Part shown: one piece after another, positions 14,606-29,819 of the stretch | Position numbering within the stretch: position 1 is the stretch's first letter | Layout of the letters: each line of letters begins with the position of its first letter | Made by a program: the position numbers and the translations under genes | Assembly (NCBI GenBank): GCA_964016885.1 | Contig: OZ024740.1 | Location: 96,224,001 to 96,288,000, forward strand | Direction of reading: 5' to 3' | DNA from: Eledone cirrhosa | Lineage: Eukaryota | Length of the DNA stretch: 64,000 nucleotides | Notes under the pieces: generated by a model | Told to the model about the DNA's origin: nothing | Seen by the model: only the letters and a program-made list of their open reading frames with translations | Database searches by the model: none

Positions 14606-15017
14606 ATTGTTATATTTGGGGAGGGACATATTTGCGTAATATTGCCAGAATTAATAACAGAACACACTCACTGTTTGGTTGGTTTTCGCTTCTCGCTGTC
14701 TTTTATATATATATATCTGCGATCTAACTTACTCGGTCCTCAATGTTGCCATTGACTGACCGGCGGTCAAAAATAAAACAGATACAATATAGACACAAAC
14801 ACATATATATAGTTTACATAGTTAGTTAGATCGAGTAAGTTAGATCGCAGATATATATATATAAAAGACAGCGAGAAGCGAAAACCAACCAAACAGTGAG
14901 TGTGGTCTGTTATTAATTCTGGCAATATTACGCAAATATGACCCTCCCCAAATATAACAATATCTGTTTCGACACACGATTTCATATAAAAAACCTCGCA
15001 AAACTAATTCATCGCCG

Positions 15018-15018
<1 letters not shown>
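14606..15018. mobile_element. Foldback made only of the 3' terminus of the Nematis-like PLE family
   Basis: 14606-14735 is the reverse complement of 14832-14962; near-identical to 61146-61360 and 62485-62684. Confidence 0.88.
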
Positions 15019-15086
<68 letters not shown>

Positions 15087-15914
15087 GGGGGTGGGGGGTA
15101 TGTGTGTGTTTGTATGTGTGTGTGTTGTGTATGAGTGTGTATATGTGCGCGTGTGTGTGTGAACGTGAGTGTCAATGTATGTACGTGAGATTGTGTCGCT
15201 GCATATGTGTTTATTTCTATTTGTCGAGCTATATCAACTAAATTAATGTTTGAGTAGATATATATTTTACCTGATATTGATTTGCCAGAATAAGTCATGA
15301 AGGCACAGAAACGTAAATAAATAAACATTTCAGTTTCAGACGATATTTATATTATGCCAGGTACAAATAGGTAGTATAGGAATAAACGAAGTCGATTTTC
15401 AGGACTTAATAATTGAATGAAAAGAAAAAAAATGGATGTAGTTCACCTTTGTTGCAGTTGTGTATATATGATGATTTATATCAAATTTAGCAAACAGTAA
15501 CATTCTTGAAAGATATAAAACTATGGTTTACAAGAGAATAATCATAAACGCAGTCCAAACTCGTGTCTATCGGCTTCCTAACTTTAGAATTTTCAAAATC
15601 ATCTCTTGTTTTACAATGTTGCTTGGCTTGAGGCACATTCATTTAGACACAACCAACACATTCGTACCTCTAACAACCATGACATATACTGTGTCTAATA
15701 AGCACCAACGTAGTAAGAAAAAGGTGAGATGACTGCACCAGAATATACGAATGTGGTGGAACAAACATCACTTTGTGGCATGCAACATTTATGTGGAGCG
15801 AAATCGCAAACACGATGAACACATCGCATATATGTAAGACAAGGTAATACAATATATGTGCTGCCTCTGCTGAAATAGAAATCTTTCATTCGTAAATAAT
15901 CATCAGCAATGGAA

Positions 15915-15958
15915 TTTCCTGATGAATTTCACGAATGAAATAGCACTAGATCTGAAAG
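15915..15958 (+). ncRNA. Degenerate hammerhead-like motif
   Basis: tttc-CTGATGA-att.tcacg.aat-GAAA-tagcactaga-TC-tgaaa; resembles 56090-56123. Confidence 0.4.
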
Positions 15959-16100
15959 TGTCATTTTTGTAATGAAATAAATATGCCTATACTCTAAGTT
16001 AGTAGAGTATAGGCATATTTACAATGCATGTCACCTCTCTATATATGTCAATAATCCTGGACCTTTCTGTTTCTGCATTGTGATCCCGTCTCTATTCATA

Positions 16101-16135
16101 CTCCTGAAGAAGGGGTTTAAACCCGACACGTCGAA
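16101..16135 (+). ncRNA. Degenerate minimal hammerhead near a PLE-like 3' end
   Basis: ctc-CTGAAGA-aggggtttaaaccc-GACA(for GAAA)-CG-TC-gaa, ~80 nt before (TA)n. Confidence 0.45.
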
Positions 16136-16210
16136 CTTTCTTTCCTTTTACCAATATAGAGCGTGAAGTTAATGATAATTATTGTACCCCTGGTTGTTGT
16201 CTCCTTGAAC

Positions 16211-16275
<65 letters not shown>

Positions 16276-16355
16276 ACATATATACATATATATATGTAGG
16301 AGGTGAGTAATATTGTAGAACAATAAAATATATATATATATGTATATATATATAT

Positions 16356-19300
16356 AAATGAAAGGATTATAAAGGAAAATACAGTATGTTAGAACATCTT
16401 TATACAAAAGCACCTACGGACGTTTCGCCCGAAAATGGATCTCAAGGGCATACAAATCTTGAGAGTGTTCAGTACAGAACCGAGAAGGGATTTTAAGATG
16501 ATAATCACACCGAAGTTCATGTGTGATTCAAATAGACATGGTTATTTTTGTCACAGAGCATGGGTAGTAACTCTGACCGGTGTTTGAATAAATGTCTCCG
16601 TTCACATGATGATTGTTTTTCACTACTATTTTATGGGTGCCACTTTACTACTGCCTACTCGGGCCGGATCTAAGAGGCATAGTTGGTGTACAGATGTTTA
16701 GTTATTCAACCTGACCGCCGGCGCGTTATGGTAAAGTTCCATGAGGCAGAGCTGGCATTTCCTCTTGAAGTTGTAAGGTGTTGCCCTGCTGACAATTTCC
16801 CAGTATGTAGAGAAGCTGATGCTGGAGATGTCTTGTCTCCTTTGAGGAAAACCTGCTCAAGTTGATCAGAAACATTAAGTTTAATAAGAAACGCCGATGC
16901 AGTAATCCATTCTTAACATCCCTTGAAGCGTTCATCACTAAGATCAATAATGACCCACACATCTTCGTTACCTCTGACAAACCAAAGAAGCTGTATAAGT
17001 TGGACGTGAGCAAGTAAAAACAATTCATTTATAACGAAATACACAAAATGTATTAAAAAAAACACCCATTAGTACACTAAATGACATTAATATAATAGGT
17101 AAGGATATAGTGACTAGCTTAGACATAGATAAGTACACTAACCCATATGTCACTATGGCACCTAAATTATCTCTTAAGGATCACGAAGGTAACTTTGATG
17201 AAAGCCCCTCTATTACATTAATATGTCCCTCTACATCAGATATAGGCAGGATCAGCAAAGAGATCCTCGATAGAGTAATACATGAACTTAATAGCAAAGC
17301 TAAGGTTTTTCTCTGGAAGATCGACCAGGTCAAAATTAGTTCACGGAGTTGCCCGATAAGACAGCTCTAAAGTTCATCCAGTGTGACATTGACAGATACT
17401 ATGCTTCTATCTCCCCCATACTCTTAAAAACGGCCCTTGTTTTAGCTAGATCTAACACTAGCCTCACTAAAAATAGTGATAGATATAGTACTAGCAGCGC
17501 GTAGAACTATTATCCAGTTCGAGGGTTCCCATTGAAACAGAACCAACCGTCCTGATAACTTCGATATCACGATGGGGTCTAGTGACTCGGCGCAAGCGAC
17601 CGACCTGGTTTGAACATACCTCCTCCATTCGTTTAGGGACGAGATACCGGTCCTACAAGGAGGTGCATATAGGGACGACGCCCTATTTACCGTTAGGAAC
17701 CATAGCCTACGCAGGATAAAGAAGCTCACTCAGGTTCTTCAAATCATGCGGCTTATCCGTAACTATAGACTTCAACCACCAGATAGTCAACTTCCTAGAC
17801 GTGACCCTGGAGTTGGCTACGAGCCTGTACAAGTAATACCATAAGCCCGGCGATATTCTAGCACATATTAATGATGCATCCAACCACCCTAAGTCTACTC
17901 TCAACTCCATAGTATATAGCATATCCTATAGGATCTCGAGGCTATCCGCCAACGAGGACATCTTCAACGAAGCTGCTGACTACTACAATAAAGCCTTGGT
18001 GGATGCCGGATGTAACCGAATAATCTCCTACCTCCTTAACGCTGACTCTAGTAACCACCCCCAGCATATGTCTAATGTTATAGTAAGCCATACCTATAAC
18101 CAAATACGCAGCGGTCATGATAGAGTCAATAATTATAGTATAGAGAATTGCACTAAGAAACACGGCCGTAGCGTTAACTACTTGGGTGGTGGTGTAGAAG
18201 GACACCCGCATAATAAGGGTCATGATATGGGCAACGGTAGCTGCTGTAACCTACTAGAATTATTCCCTGCCTATAGAATTAACAATAGCGATGGCCTATT
18301 ACCTACACCCTCCAACCGGCGTTTAGCTACACGTAAACGTAACGCAAGGAAGGCGAGTGCATCCGAGCATAAAGCGCTGGGACATGCAGTAGGCTGCAAC
18401 ACATTAGCATCAATAAAAATGGATACCTAGCCAACACGACCCGTAAGAAGCCCACGGCTACGCGTAACCGCCAACGTAATCTTCCTTTCTCCCTACTCTT
18501 GGAGTGTGGCCTCTGATCTACCTAGAATATTCTTCGAAGCCTTAGAGAAGAATTTCCCACCCAACCATAAATACAGGAAAATCCCCAATAAGAACAATAT
18601 TAATATATCCTTCTCAACTACACCTAATCCAGCAGAGATCATAGGGATAATTAATTACAGTATACTCACGAAAACACGGCACAATAGCATAAGTAGGTCT
18701 AGACTTGACAGCAATCCTAATACCCTTAATGTTACCCTAGCAGCACCCGACAATGTTGGTGGTAGCTCCAACAGACGCAACCGACATAACGGCAGTAGAC
18801 TGGGGAGCATGCTGGTGACCTGTACGTGTCTCGAGGCGGCAACAGAAGGCGCTGTGGCGTGTGGGGTAATAATTGTACTACGCCGCGCGCCACAGGATAT
18901 AATAGTACTAACTACGGAGATAGTGGCAGTGGCGTGGATAATAACATAGGTAGTGATAGTTATACCCTTACTTATGGCACAAGGAGCCACTGAAGCTACC
19001 GCGGCCGACACTGCAAATGTCTAGACCAGGGAAGCCCTCCGCTCATGGGAAGTTGCCTGGCAGACAATTTTATTTATAGGTGCACTGTAACTAGCCATAA
19101 TAGCGTCAAGCATAATATAGGTGCCACCTCTAATTCGTCCAAAACTAGATTTCGAACGCGCACCATTCTTTTAGAAACAAGAAGTTAAGGTACTCCACAC
19201 CACAACATTAAAAGACTCCAACATCAGCTTCTCCACATACTGGGAAATTGTCAGCAGAGCAACACCGTACAACTTCAAGAGAAAGTGCCAGCTTTGCCTC

Positions 19301-19960
19301 ATGGAACTTTACCATATCGTAAGAGCACCCCTAGAGCTCATCAACAGCAGAGCAGAATCTGTGATAAAATGCGGACCCAGAATACAGCATTCCTTCTATG
19401 GTTGCATCACGGTTAAGACCTGAACACCATCAACTGGGTCCCACTGCACCAAACCACAACTCGGCGTTGGGCAGGTTGCATAACTAAACAGCTGTACACC
19501 AACTATGCCTCTTAGATCCGGCCTGTCTAGGCAGTAGTAAAGTGGCACCCATAAAATAGTAGTGGAAAACAATCATCATGTGAACGGATAATAGGCCATT
19601 CAGAGACATTTATTCAAAAACCGGTCACAGTTACTCCCCTTGCTCTGTGACACAAATAACCATATATGTTTGAATCAAAAAATAAACTTCGATGAGAATA
19701 TCATCTTAAAACACCTTCTGGGTTCTGTACTGAACACTCTCTAGATGTGTATGCCCTTGAAAATACCTTTTCGGGCGAAACGTACGTAGGTCCTTTTGCA
19801 TAAACACGTTCTAACAGCATGTATTCTCCTTTGTCATCCTTTCATTTGTAACGCTTCTGCTTATTTCCTTGCCCAATAAATATTAACGCTTGCGATATTT
19901 AACCCTATAGGCACTAGTATTGAGCTCAATTGCACCAACTTTTGGCAACTAACTATATGT
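16356..19960 (+). mobile_element. Hydra-like PLE with inverted pseudo-LTR
   Basis: 16356-16835 is the reverse complement of ~19210-19847. Degraded ORF ~16840-19423: SDK..KLYKL, LICPSTSDIGRISKEILDRV, FDITMGSSDSA, GAYRDDAL, FLDVTL, SNHP, KNFPPNHKYRK, YIGAT-like, CQLCLME. Confidence 0.9.
19749..19790 (+). ncRNA. Minimal U3-A8 hammerhead-like motif (inverted copy ~16414-16453)
   Basis: tatg.ccc-TTGAAAA(19757-63)-taccttttcgggc-GAAA-CG-TA-cgta; stem III ACGT cannot close intramolecularly. Confidence 0.55.
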
Positions 19961-20002
19961 ATATCTTATCCCTTTAAACCTCTACTCTCTCACGATACTA
20001 AA

Positions 20003-20889
<887 letters not shown>

Positions 20890-20934
20890 CGTAAAATAAG
20901 AAAATTATAAAATTAACTTACTTAATAAAATATC

Positions 20935-21016
20935 ACTTCCAACTAATTAGTTTCTGGAATGGAATAAATATATTTTCCGAAGAAGATACAGTGAAGCATT
21001 CCGTCGTCAGGGAAGT
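20935..21016 (-). ncRNA. Type I hammerhead ribozyme
   Basis: Reverse complement of the 21834-21915 motif. Confidence 0.85.
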
Positions 21017-21458
21017 CTATTCTCATCTAGGTATCCAGGCAAATCGTGGACACTGGAAACTTATTAAAAAATAATTCAGTGGATAGAAAATAGTAAAGCG
21101 TGGACTGAATTCCTAGCCATTGAGAAAATCACTGCCTCTGCGTCGGTGGCAAATTCAAAAAGAATCAATCACGTGACATCGAGGTCAATCAGTGGAAAGT
21201 GATTTGCTAATAAGACAGCGGCCTGCCTGCTACCATAGCAGCAGTCATGGCCAATATTGCTCGACAAATAATTTGGAGATAATTATAAAGAATAAATATC
21301 TAGTAACATATATATATACATACAGATGCATATCAATGCTAGCAAATATATAGGTTTTGTCTTAGTAATTTTGTGGTTCAATGCATGGGGTTGCAGAACA
21401 ATAATATGAGAGACGTAAAATAAGAAAATTATAAAATTAACTTACTTACTAAAATATC

Positions 21459-21540
21459 ACTTCCAACTAATTAGTTTCTGGAATGGAATAAATATATTAT
21501 CCGAAGAAGATACAGTGAAGCATTCCGTCGTCAGGGAAGT
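21459..21540 (-). ncRNA. Type I hammerhead ribozyme (tandem copy)
   Basis: Same motif, 524 nt from the previous copy. Confidence 0.85.
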
Positions 21541-21833
21541 CTATTCTCATCCAAGTATCCAGGCAAAGCGTGGACACTGGAAACTTATTAACAAATAATT
21601 CAGTGGATAGAAAATAGCAAAGCGTGGACTGAATTCCTAGCCATTAATCACTTTCCACTGATTGACCTCGATGTCACGTGATTGATTCTTTTTGAATTTG
21701 CCACCGACGCAGAGGCAGTAATTTTCACAATGGCTAGGAATTCAGACCACGCTTTGCTATTTTCTATCCACTGAATTATTTTTTAATAAGTTTCCAGTGT
21801 CCACGCTTTGCCTGGATACTTAGATGAGAATAG

Positions 21834-21915
21834 ACTTCCCTGACGACGGAATGCTTCACTGTATCTTCTTCGGAAAATATATTTATTCCATTCCAGAAAC
21901 TAATTAGTTGGAAGT
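21834..21915 (+). ncRNA. Type I hammerhead ribozyme
   Basis: Stem I ACTTCC/GGAAGT; CTGACGA 21840-46; stem II GGAATG/CATTCC; GAAA 21896-99; stem III palindrome ACTAATTAGT; GUU site ending 21909. Confidence 0.88.
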
Positions 21916-22081
21916 GATATTTTAGTAAGTAAGTTAATTTTATAATTTTCTTATTTTACGTCTCTCATATTATTGTTCTGCAACCCCATGCATTGAAACA
22001 CAAAGGTACTAAGACAAAACCTGTATATTTGCTAGCATTGATATGCATCTGTATGTATATATATGTTACTAGATATTAATT

Positions 22082-22122
<41 letters not shown>

Positions 22123-22645
22123 TGCACACACACATACACACACACGCACACACACACATATTTAATATATATACATATATGTGTGTGTGTGTGTATGTGT
22201 GTGTGTGTGTGTATTTTTATATACGATGGTGCACTCTCTGTTAGATACCCTATACAGATATAGCTTCATCGTATACTTCGGCTCCTAGTGCATTTATTAT
22301 TTATCTTAATTAACTACCAACACGAACGCTATTTATATGCAAATAATTACTTCGGTTTCAGAATAGTACAAATAGAGAAATGGTATACATGAATTACATG
22401 AGACATTTTTCCGTTTGGATACCCCCCTTCTGCAGAGAGGCCAATTGATTCCGAAAATGAATTAAACCTGTTCATCATTTTTTCAATGAGCAGAGAAATT
22501 CCTATTTTACATGCGTAATTATCAAATATGTGTATACACGTTAGTGCAGTCTCGGTTATCAATGTTTATCTATAGAGAAATAAACGTATCGTACCTCTGG
22601 TTATACACTTCTTCATACACACACTCGCGCGCGTGAGCGCAGACA

Positions 22646-22687
<42 letters not shown>

Positions 22688-23439
22688 TATATCTGTTAGA
22701 CACCCAGTGACAAACAACAGAGTGTTTTAATTCTGCGTGTTCTGACAAATATACGTAGCTTGTGATTAAAATATTCAAGGGGTTTCGCTGGCCGTGGTGA
22801 TCTCTGCCAAACATCTTTTGTAATGTATCGTCTTATTGGCTAATTTCATTGTCTTATTGGCTAATCAAACAATTAGAGTAATTGTTGTTCAAAAGCATCC
22901 GAAACTTTGTTTGCACGGTTATTTAATATTTCGCTTTCGAATCTTACTCCTGTATTTCGTCTTTAAACATCAAAAGATTTTTTATCGTTTTGATAAGTTA
23001 TATTGTTAATTTATATAAGAGTTTTTAAATTTATATTAACTATTTTTTTCAGTTTGTTATAACATACTTATAATATTGGCTGTATCATATATACTTGTAT
23101 ATTTGTCTATATTATTGTTCGTTTTATGTTAGATTATTTTATTATTATTATATTAGATTATTTGTTTATTATTACGTTAGGCTATTTCTACGTAATATTT
23201 AATTTTTATTAATCAACTATAACAATTATTATGTAAAATATATTTATTTAATATTGATTGTTTTTTGGAGTTGTTTATATTAAAAGTCTGAAAATTGTTA
23301 TACATCTTACAATACTATTTATAAGATCATTTATACAATAACAATTATATAATCTAATTACATTACAACGATAATTTATTATTAATATATATCATGTTTA
23401 ACTAGAGTTATTACAAATGTTGCCTTAAAAATATTAAAC

Positions 23440-23880
23440 TAGACCTGAAAAATGCGCAAGCTCAAAAGAGCCATATAATGTTATAATAAACCTTCAAAAG
23501 TGTGGGACTAGACTTGTTGCTCAATAATATACTAATCATTATCTATCGTACATTCTGTGGCATCCATTTATAAAAAAAGAGACACATAACGAACTCAATA
23601 CGACACGATAATTATTTAAGGGAATTTATAATATAGAATTCGGTTTACGTGCATTTCGCATTAATCATTACTAGACATCTAATATGAGATATTGAACATT
23701 AGCTTAAATAATTATCGTGTCTTCTAGGGTTTGTTATGAGTCTCTTTTTTATAAAAGGATACCACAGTGCGTACGATAGATAATGATTACAATATATTTG
23801 AGCAAACTCTACTCGCACACGTTTGAAGGTTTAAAATAACATTATGTAGCTCTTTTGAGCTTGCGCATTTTTCAATCTAG
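23440..23880. mobile_element. MITE/foldback with ~180 bp inverted repeats
   Basis: 23440-23620 is the reverse complement of 23703-23880; no HHR core seen. Confidence 0.75.
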
Positions 23881-23884
23881 CATA

Positions 23885-23938
<54 letters not shown>

Positions 23939-24082
23939 ACTATAATACTTGAGTGCGTTGGAGTTAAACACACTCGTCGTATTAGAGAAATGACAGTATA
24001 AGATATTGCTCAAAGTAATTCAACAGAGCCGAAGAATTATAAAAAATAAAGAAATAAACCTTCAATACATCAAAAGTATTTA

Positions 24083-24129
24083 TTAGCTGACAGTGTTTCG
24101 TCCCATTAATAGGGACTCATCAGAGCAAG
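24083..24129 (-). ncRNA. Minimal type I hammerhead ribozyme
   Basis: Exact reverse complement of the 26620-26665 core. Confidence 0.9.
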
Positions 24130-26291
24130 GAAAGAGATAAGAAGTATTAACGGCCAGAAGAAGACAAAACTCAGAAGAAGAGGGAATTTATATCTATGAA
24201 AACTTAGGAAAGACATCATGGAAAGATATGCTAAAGCAAAAAGTGTGCATTTGCAAATATAGACTATAGGGCAAGAGAGCGAGTAATATGTCAGACCCAC
24301 GTTGAAAGTACAGTATAAGACAAATACATGAAACACAACATGGTAATACAATGTGAGAATTATAATATGATATAGAATATAATATAATGGATAATAAGAA
24401 ATAAAAAGCTTAATATATGTATATCCATATATATACACATTTACACAAACACATACTAACACTTATTTAAATATTTCAATATAAATATACTTATTATAAT
24501 ATAATAATCATTATAATAGAATAATCACCCTGACAGTGTGCATAAACAATACCAAAAACAATGCAATAATATACTGACATTAAAATATATATAAAACTAC
24601 ATCATACGTATCATTTAAGGTCAACAAATTGTATATAAAGTTGTTCACAGGGTAAGAAAAAATATCATGTAAAAATAAAGTATGGTGAAAAAATATATAT
24701 AAATATATATAATATTGACAATAAATATACAGAGGTATAGGCAGTTCAAATTCATAAAATATTACAAAACAGTACCTCAATATCGGATATATATTTATAA
24801 TTCAATTACATGAAAATAATATGACATATTAATGTTAATATTACAATGGCAGACACACAGAATCAATGGAAAATGCTTAAGACATATTTACGCGATGAAT
24901 ACAAGGAGACATATCAGGAGACAATAACAAATGATAGGAGAACAGACAGCATGTGGTAGTAAAAAAAAATAAAATAAAATAAAACAAAGAACAAAAACAA
25001 AAAGAAGCACAGACACGTAGTTGTTACAAGTCATTAGGTAAATATAGATTATATTACTATTATAAATCAAAGAATTGAATTGAAAACCTTATTAAATTAA
25101 TTAATACTAAAATTGTTTAAAAGACATCATGGGTCACTTCACACGGAACAGAATCCAAGTCATCAAAGTCGAATAAAATCAAGATATTCCAATAAAAAAG
25201 CTAAAAGATCTATCAGGATATATTACTATCCGTGCTGACGAATTACGTTATCAGAGAAAAAAAACTCTAAATAAAACTATGGTAGACCAATGGGAACAGA
25301 AAAAGTGAAACTATGGAGGGTAGGAAGGAGCATAAAAGTAAACATTTATATATAATCAATAAGGTGAATATTAGGTGTAGAAAGGACGAGGTTCATTAGC
25401 CTTAGATGTAGGAGACTAAAATTAAACTATTCAATAAGATACCCTCCAACCAGGGATGAAAATAAAGATAGAAACTTATAAGGCGACAATGGTGAGTAAA
25501 AATTTAATAATGGTTAAGATGATAGATAGGGTAAGATAGCTAAGAAGACTATGAAAACTAAAAACGAAAAACCGTAGAAAACTAATAATGGTATTAATAA
25601 TGAACTAAAACCAAAGAGATAAGGAAATATAGCAGCTAATGGATGCGGTTTAAACTACCAGAGTTTTTAAGTCTATAATAGAAGTGCTTTAGGTCTATAA
25701 TAGAAGTGCTTGTTTTTGTTTTTGTTCTTCGTTTTAGTTTTTTTTTTCTTTTACTACCACATGCTGTCTGTTTTCCTATCATCTGTTATTGCCTCCTGAT
25801 ATGTCTCCTTGTATTCATCGCGTAAATATGTCTTAAGCATTTTCCATTGATTCTGTGTGTCTGCCATTGTAATATTAACATTAATATGTCATATTATTTT
25901 TATGTAATTGAATTATAAATATATGTCCGATATTGAGGTACTGTTTTGTAATATTTTATGAATTTGAACTGCCTATTCCTCTGTATATTTATTGTCAATA
26001 TTATATATATTTATATATATTTTTTCACCATACTTTATTTTCATATGATATTTTTTCTTACCCTGTGAAAAACTTTATATACAATTTGTTGACCTTAAAT
26101 TATACGTATGATGTAGTTTTATATATTTGTTTAATGCCAGTATATCATTCCATTGTTTTTGGTATTGTTTATGCACACCGTCAGGGTGATTATTCTATTA
26201 TAATGATTATTATATTATAACGAGTATATTTATATTTAAATATTTAAATAAGTGTTAGTATGTGTTTGTGTAAGTAAATGTGTATATATAT

Positions 26292-26337
<46 letters not shown>

Positions 26338-26619
26338 GGCTTTTTATTTCTTATTATCCATTATATTGTATTCTATATCATATTATAATTCTCACATTGT
26401 ATTACCATGTTGTGCTTCATGTATTTGTCTTATACTGTACTTTCAACGTGGGTTTGACATATTACTCGCTCTCTTGCCCTATAGTCTATATTTGCAAATG
26501 CACACTTTTAGCTTTAGAATATCTTTCCATGATGTATTTCCTAAGTTTTCATAGATATAAATTCCCTGTTCTTCTGAGTTTTGGATTGTTCTGGCCGTTA
26601 ATACTTCTTGTCTCTTTCC

Positions 26620-26665
26620 TTGCTCTGATGAGTCCCTATTAATGGGACGAAACACTGTCAGCTAA
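26620..26665 (+). ncRNA. Minimal type I hammerhead ribozyme
   Basis: gct-CTGATGA-GTCCC.tattaat.GGGAC-GAAA-CACTG-TC-agc: canonical core and GUC site (26657-59). Confidence 0.92.
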
Positions 26666-26719
26666 TAAAGACTTTTGATGTATTGAATGCTTCTTTGTTT
26701 ATTTTTCATAAGTTTTATA

Positions 26720-26778
<59 letters not shown>

Positions 26779-27074
26779 AGGTAGATTGAGAAATCAGTGA
26801 ATACCTGAGTTACCTAACCTATATATGTGTAATATTTCAACGAGCATATGTAATACGGAAACATGCTTTTTGTCGTCAGCTAGAGAAACAACTACTTTGC
26901 TTGTAAGGATTCCATAACAACTGAGAAATGCCTACTAATAAAAAAGAAGCGTATCATCCAGAGGACACATAATTACTGAGAAATGTAAATTTGAAAAAGT
27001 ACAGGGGACAAAATCATGCTTAACATTCGAGATATTTCTATTTGCAGATGACTATTTAATAATTGTTTCTTTGT

Positions 27075-27290
27075 TAGTCACTAGATCCACAACTTTTGGG
27101 GAGGCGAAAGTCGATTAAATCGAAACCAGTGTATTACTGGTGTTTCATTTTATCAACCACCATAATTATGAAAGGTAAAGTTAAACTCTTCGGGATTTGA
27201 AATAAGATCGTAAAAGCTAGTAAACCTATGCCACATAGAATATTGTCTGACACTCTATTGATACTGCCTATCTACCGCCCAAGCCTACTA
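27075..27290 (-). mobile_element. Old diverged copy of the tRNA-SINE
   Basis: CCAGTGTATTACTGGTG.TTCATTTTATCAACC...ATGAAAGGTAAAGTT...GGGATTTGAA aligns to 8350-8750. Confidence 0.65.
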
Positions 27291-27299
27291 ATTAGCACT

Positions 27300-27600
27300 G
27301 AGGGTAGTTACAGTTGTAGTACGATCTCTAACCATGAGAAATCCAGTTGTTTTAAACGTCACTGCCAAACAGTTCATCCACGGAGAGTATGCTATAATGG
27401 AGATCCTTAAGATATGTTGGAGGATTACTAGATGTCTAAATCACTGGACTGTGTTCAAATATATTAGAGAAATCATTAATGTTAAAGCATCAAGTAGAAG
27501 AACCATATCGATATTTAAGTATGGGCATAAGACATATCTAGAATCAAATAGTTTCGGAAATCTACACATATATCTGACTTGATATACATACAGCTCAATA
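27300..27600 (+). pseudogene. Possible hAT (Charlie/SPIN-like) transposase remnant
   Basis: EKSSCFKRHCQTVHP resembles the K..N..RH..T.H zinc finger; NVKASSRRTIS resembles LSRRTI; very degraded. Confidence 0.3.
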
Positions 27601-28109
27601 GTTCCCCGCTTACATAAACCAGTTAGTTTCTTTCTAATCACAGATGTAAATATCAACTTTAACGTACGATATTATAAGATATTTCATTCAACTTCAATTT
27701 AACTATAAATAATTGTCTGAATGAGCTTTCAATCATATCTAGATTCATCCTTTAGTAAGTGAATGCTTAAATGTATAACCCAGTTCGTAATGTTTAAGAT
27801 GAGAGAGAAACATAAATGTTATTTGTTTAGGGAATGGGAAATATTCATGTGGTCATGCTTAATTTTGATTGATTGGTCTATAACAATATATTATGGATTT
27901 TAGCTACCGTTTAATAACCTGATATAAATTCATGATTATATACTCTCATTCTTGTTCTGTTGACTGGAAGTGTGATGAATATTCTGTACACATTTGGGAT
28001 AGAATTACTATAAACATTATTTATTGAGGTACTGTTCTATTAAGTGCAAATTTCATTATAACTATTGTGTTTCTACTATTATATTAGTTTGCTTTAGAAC
28101 GTCTGTCTC

Positions 28110-28181
<72 letters not shown>

Positions 28182-28881
28182 ATATGCCTCTCTGTCTCTC
28201 TCTGTATATATATATAAGTAAATGTGTTATCTTGAACTACGGGCATTCTGGATCAGGTTTCGAAATCTTATATCGGGATGGATATCTTTACGACTAATGC
28301 TGATTCTCTCCCGATTGGGTTAAATATATTTGATTTGGAAAGGTTTCTCAGACAAGAAAATATAGCGAGCATCCAACGGTAAATGAACAAAGCCTTAAAT
28401 GTAGAGAACTGATGTTGAAGATTAATGTAGAAAATATAAGAGATACATGAACGCAAATATATATAAACGCATGGACACATTAGAAATATATGCATGAATA
28501 CTTTCATATACATTCATATATATATATATATATATAAGGAGACACAAATCAGTATCTGTATAGTAGCGGCTAGCGAATTCTATTCACTCAAATACAGCCT
28601 AAGCAAATGTTATTACCTAAGTTTCAACTTCGCAAGCCGTTTATAACCAAAGCCTGGTTCGTATTTCCCTATTTATATACATATGTATACATGCTATGGT
28701 CACATACATTCTAATCGAATGGAAAGAAGTACGGGTAGCGGTTTGGTGGAATGGTAGCACATTGGTCCGAAAAAGCAAAGATGTGGGGTCTTGTCCTCTA
28801 CGTCAATGCTCATTCTTTTTTCCATTCAGTTAGTTGTGATTTTTAAAATCACAACTAACAGACTAACTACCTAATTAGAAA

Positions 28882-29240
<359 letters not shown>

Positions 29241-29819
29241 AGGGGAGGGGGGGGTTATGTGTGTGTGCATGAAATAATTGTAAATATGTGTCGCTTACGA
29301 ATTATGTCCTTCAACGACATAGTATTTTACGTTGCGTAAGTCCTCATGATGGAAAATTGAGTTCTACCCGTCATTTTCACAGTGTCATCATTCATTATGT
29401 GAGACCACAATAAAAGAATGAGTTAAATGACGACATGTCTTTGTAAACCACAAGCAATCACCTGTTCAATGCACATTTTGGTTTCTCTTTCTTTCAAAAT
29501 ATCTGAATCCCCTAATTGTTGGAAACGAGGTAGAGGACACACACCCATATTAAACACACAACTCTATCTTCCGATATTTATATTTCTGTCCAACAATAAC
29601 ATCTAAGTTACAAATTGATTATTTATATTTCCATTATATATTGTGGCGTTGCCAATAGGGTTATGCACACATACATACATGCATGCTTGAATGTATGTAT
29701 GTATGTATGTATGTATGTATGTATGTATGTATGTATGTATGTATGTATGTATGTATGTATGTATGTTTGTATGTATGTATGTATGTACGCATGTATGTGT
29801 GTATGTTATCCTTTTCGGG

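Larger units (their letters stand above)
23935..26718. mobile_element. 2.8 kb non-coding foldback in (TA)n with outward-facing HHRs (family D)
   Basis: Arms ~24040-25015 and ~25709-26715 are near-identical reverse complements; left arm has an extra ~100 nt tail. Confidence 0.9.

Noticed and set aside
24106-26642. Paired hydrophobic ORFs (118/120 aa) resembling membrane proteins
   Set aside because: T-rich strand of the inverted-repeat arms; no motifs, and indels differ between arms
28733-28805. tRNA-like sequence
   Set aside because: Only an A-box-like stretch; B-box and cloverleaf are broken; at most a decayed SINE head
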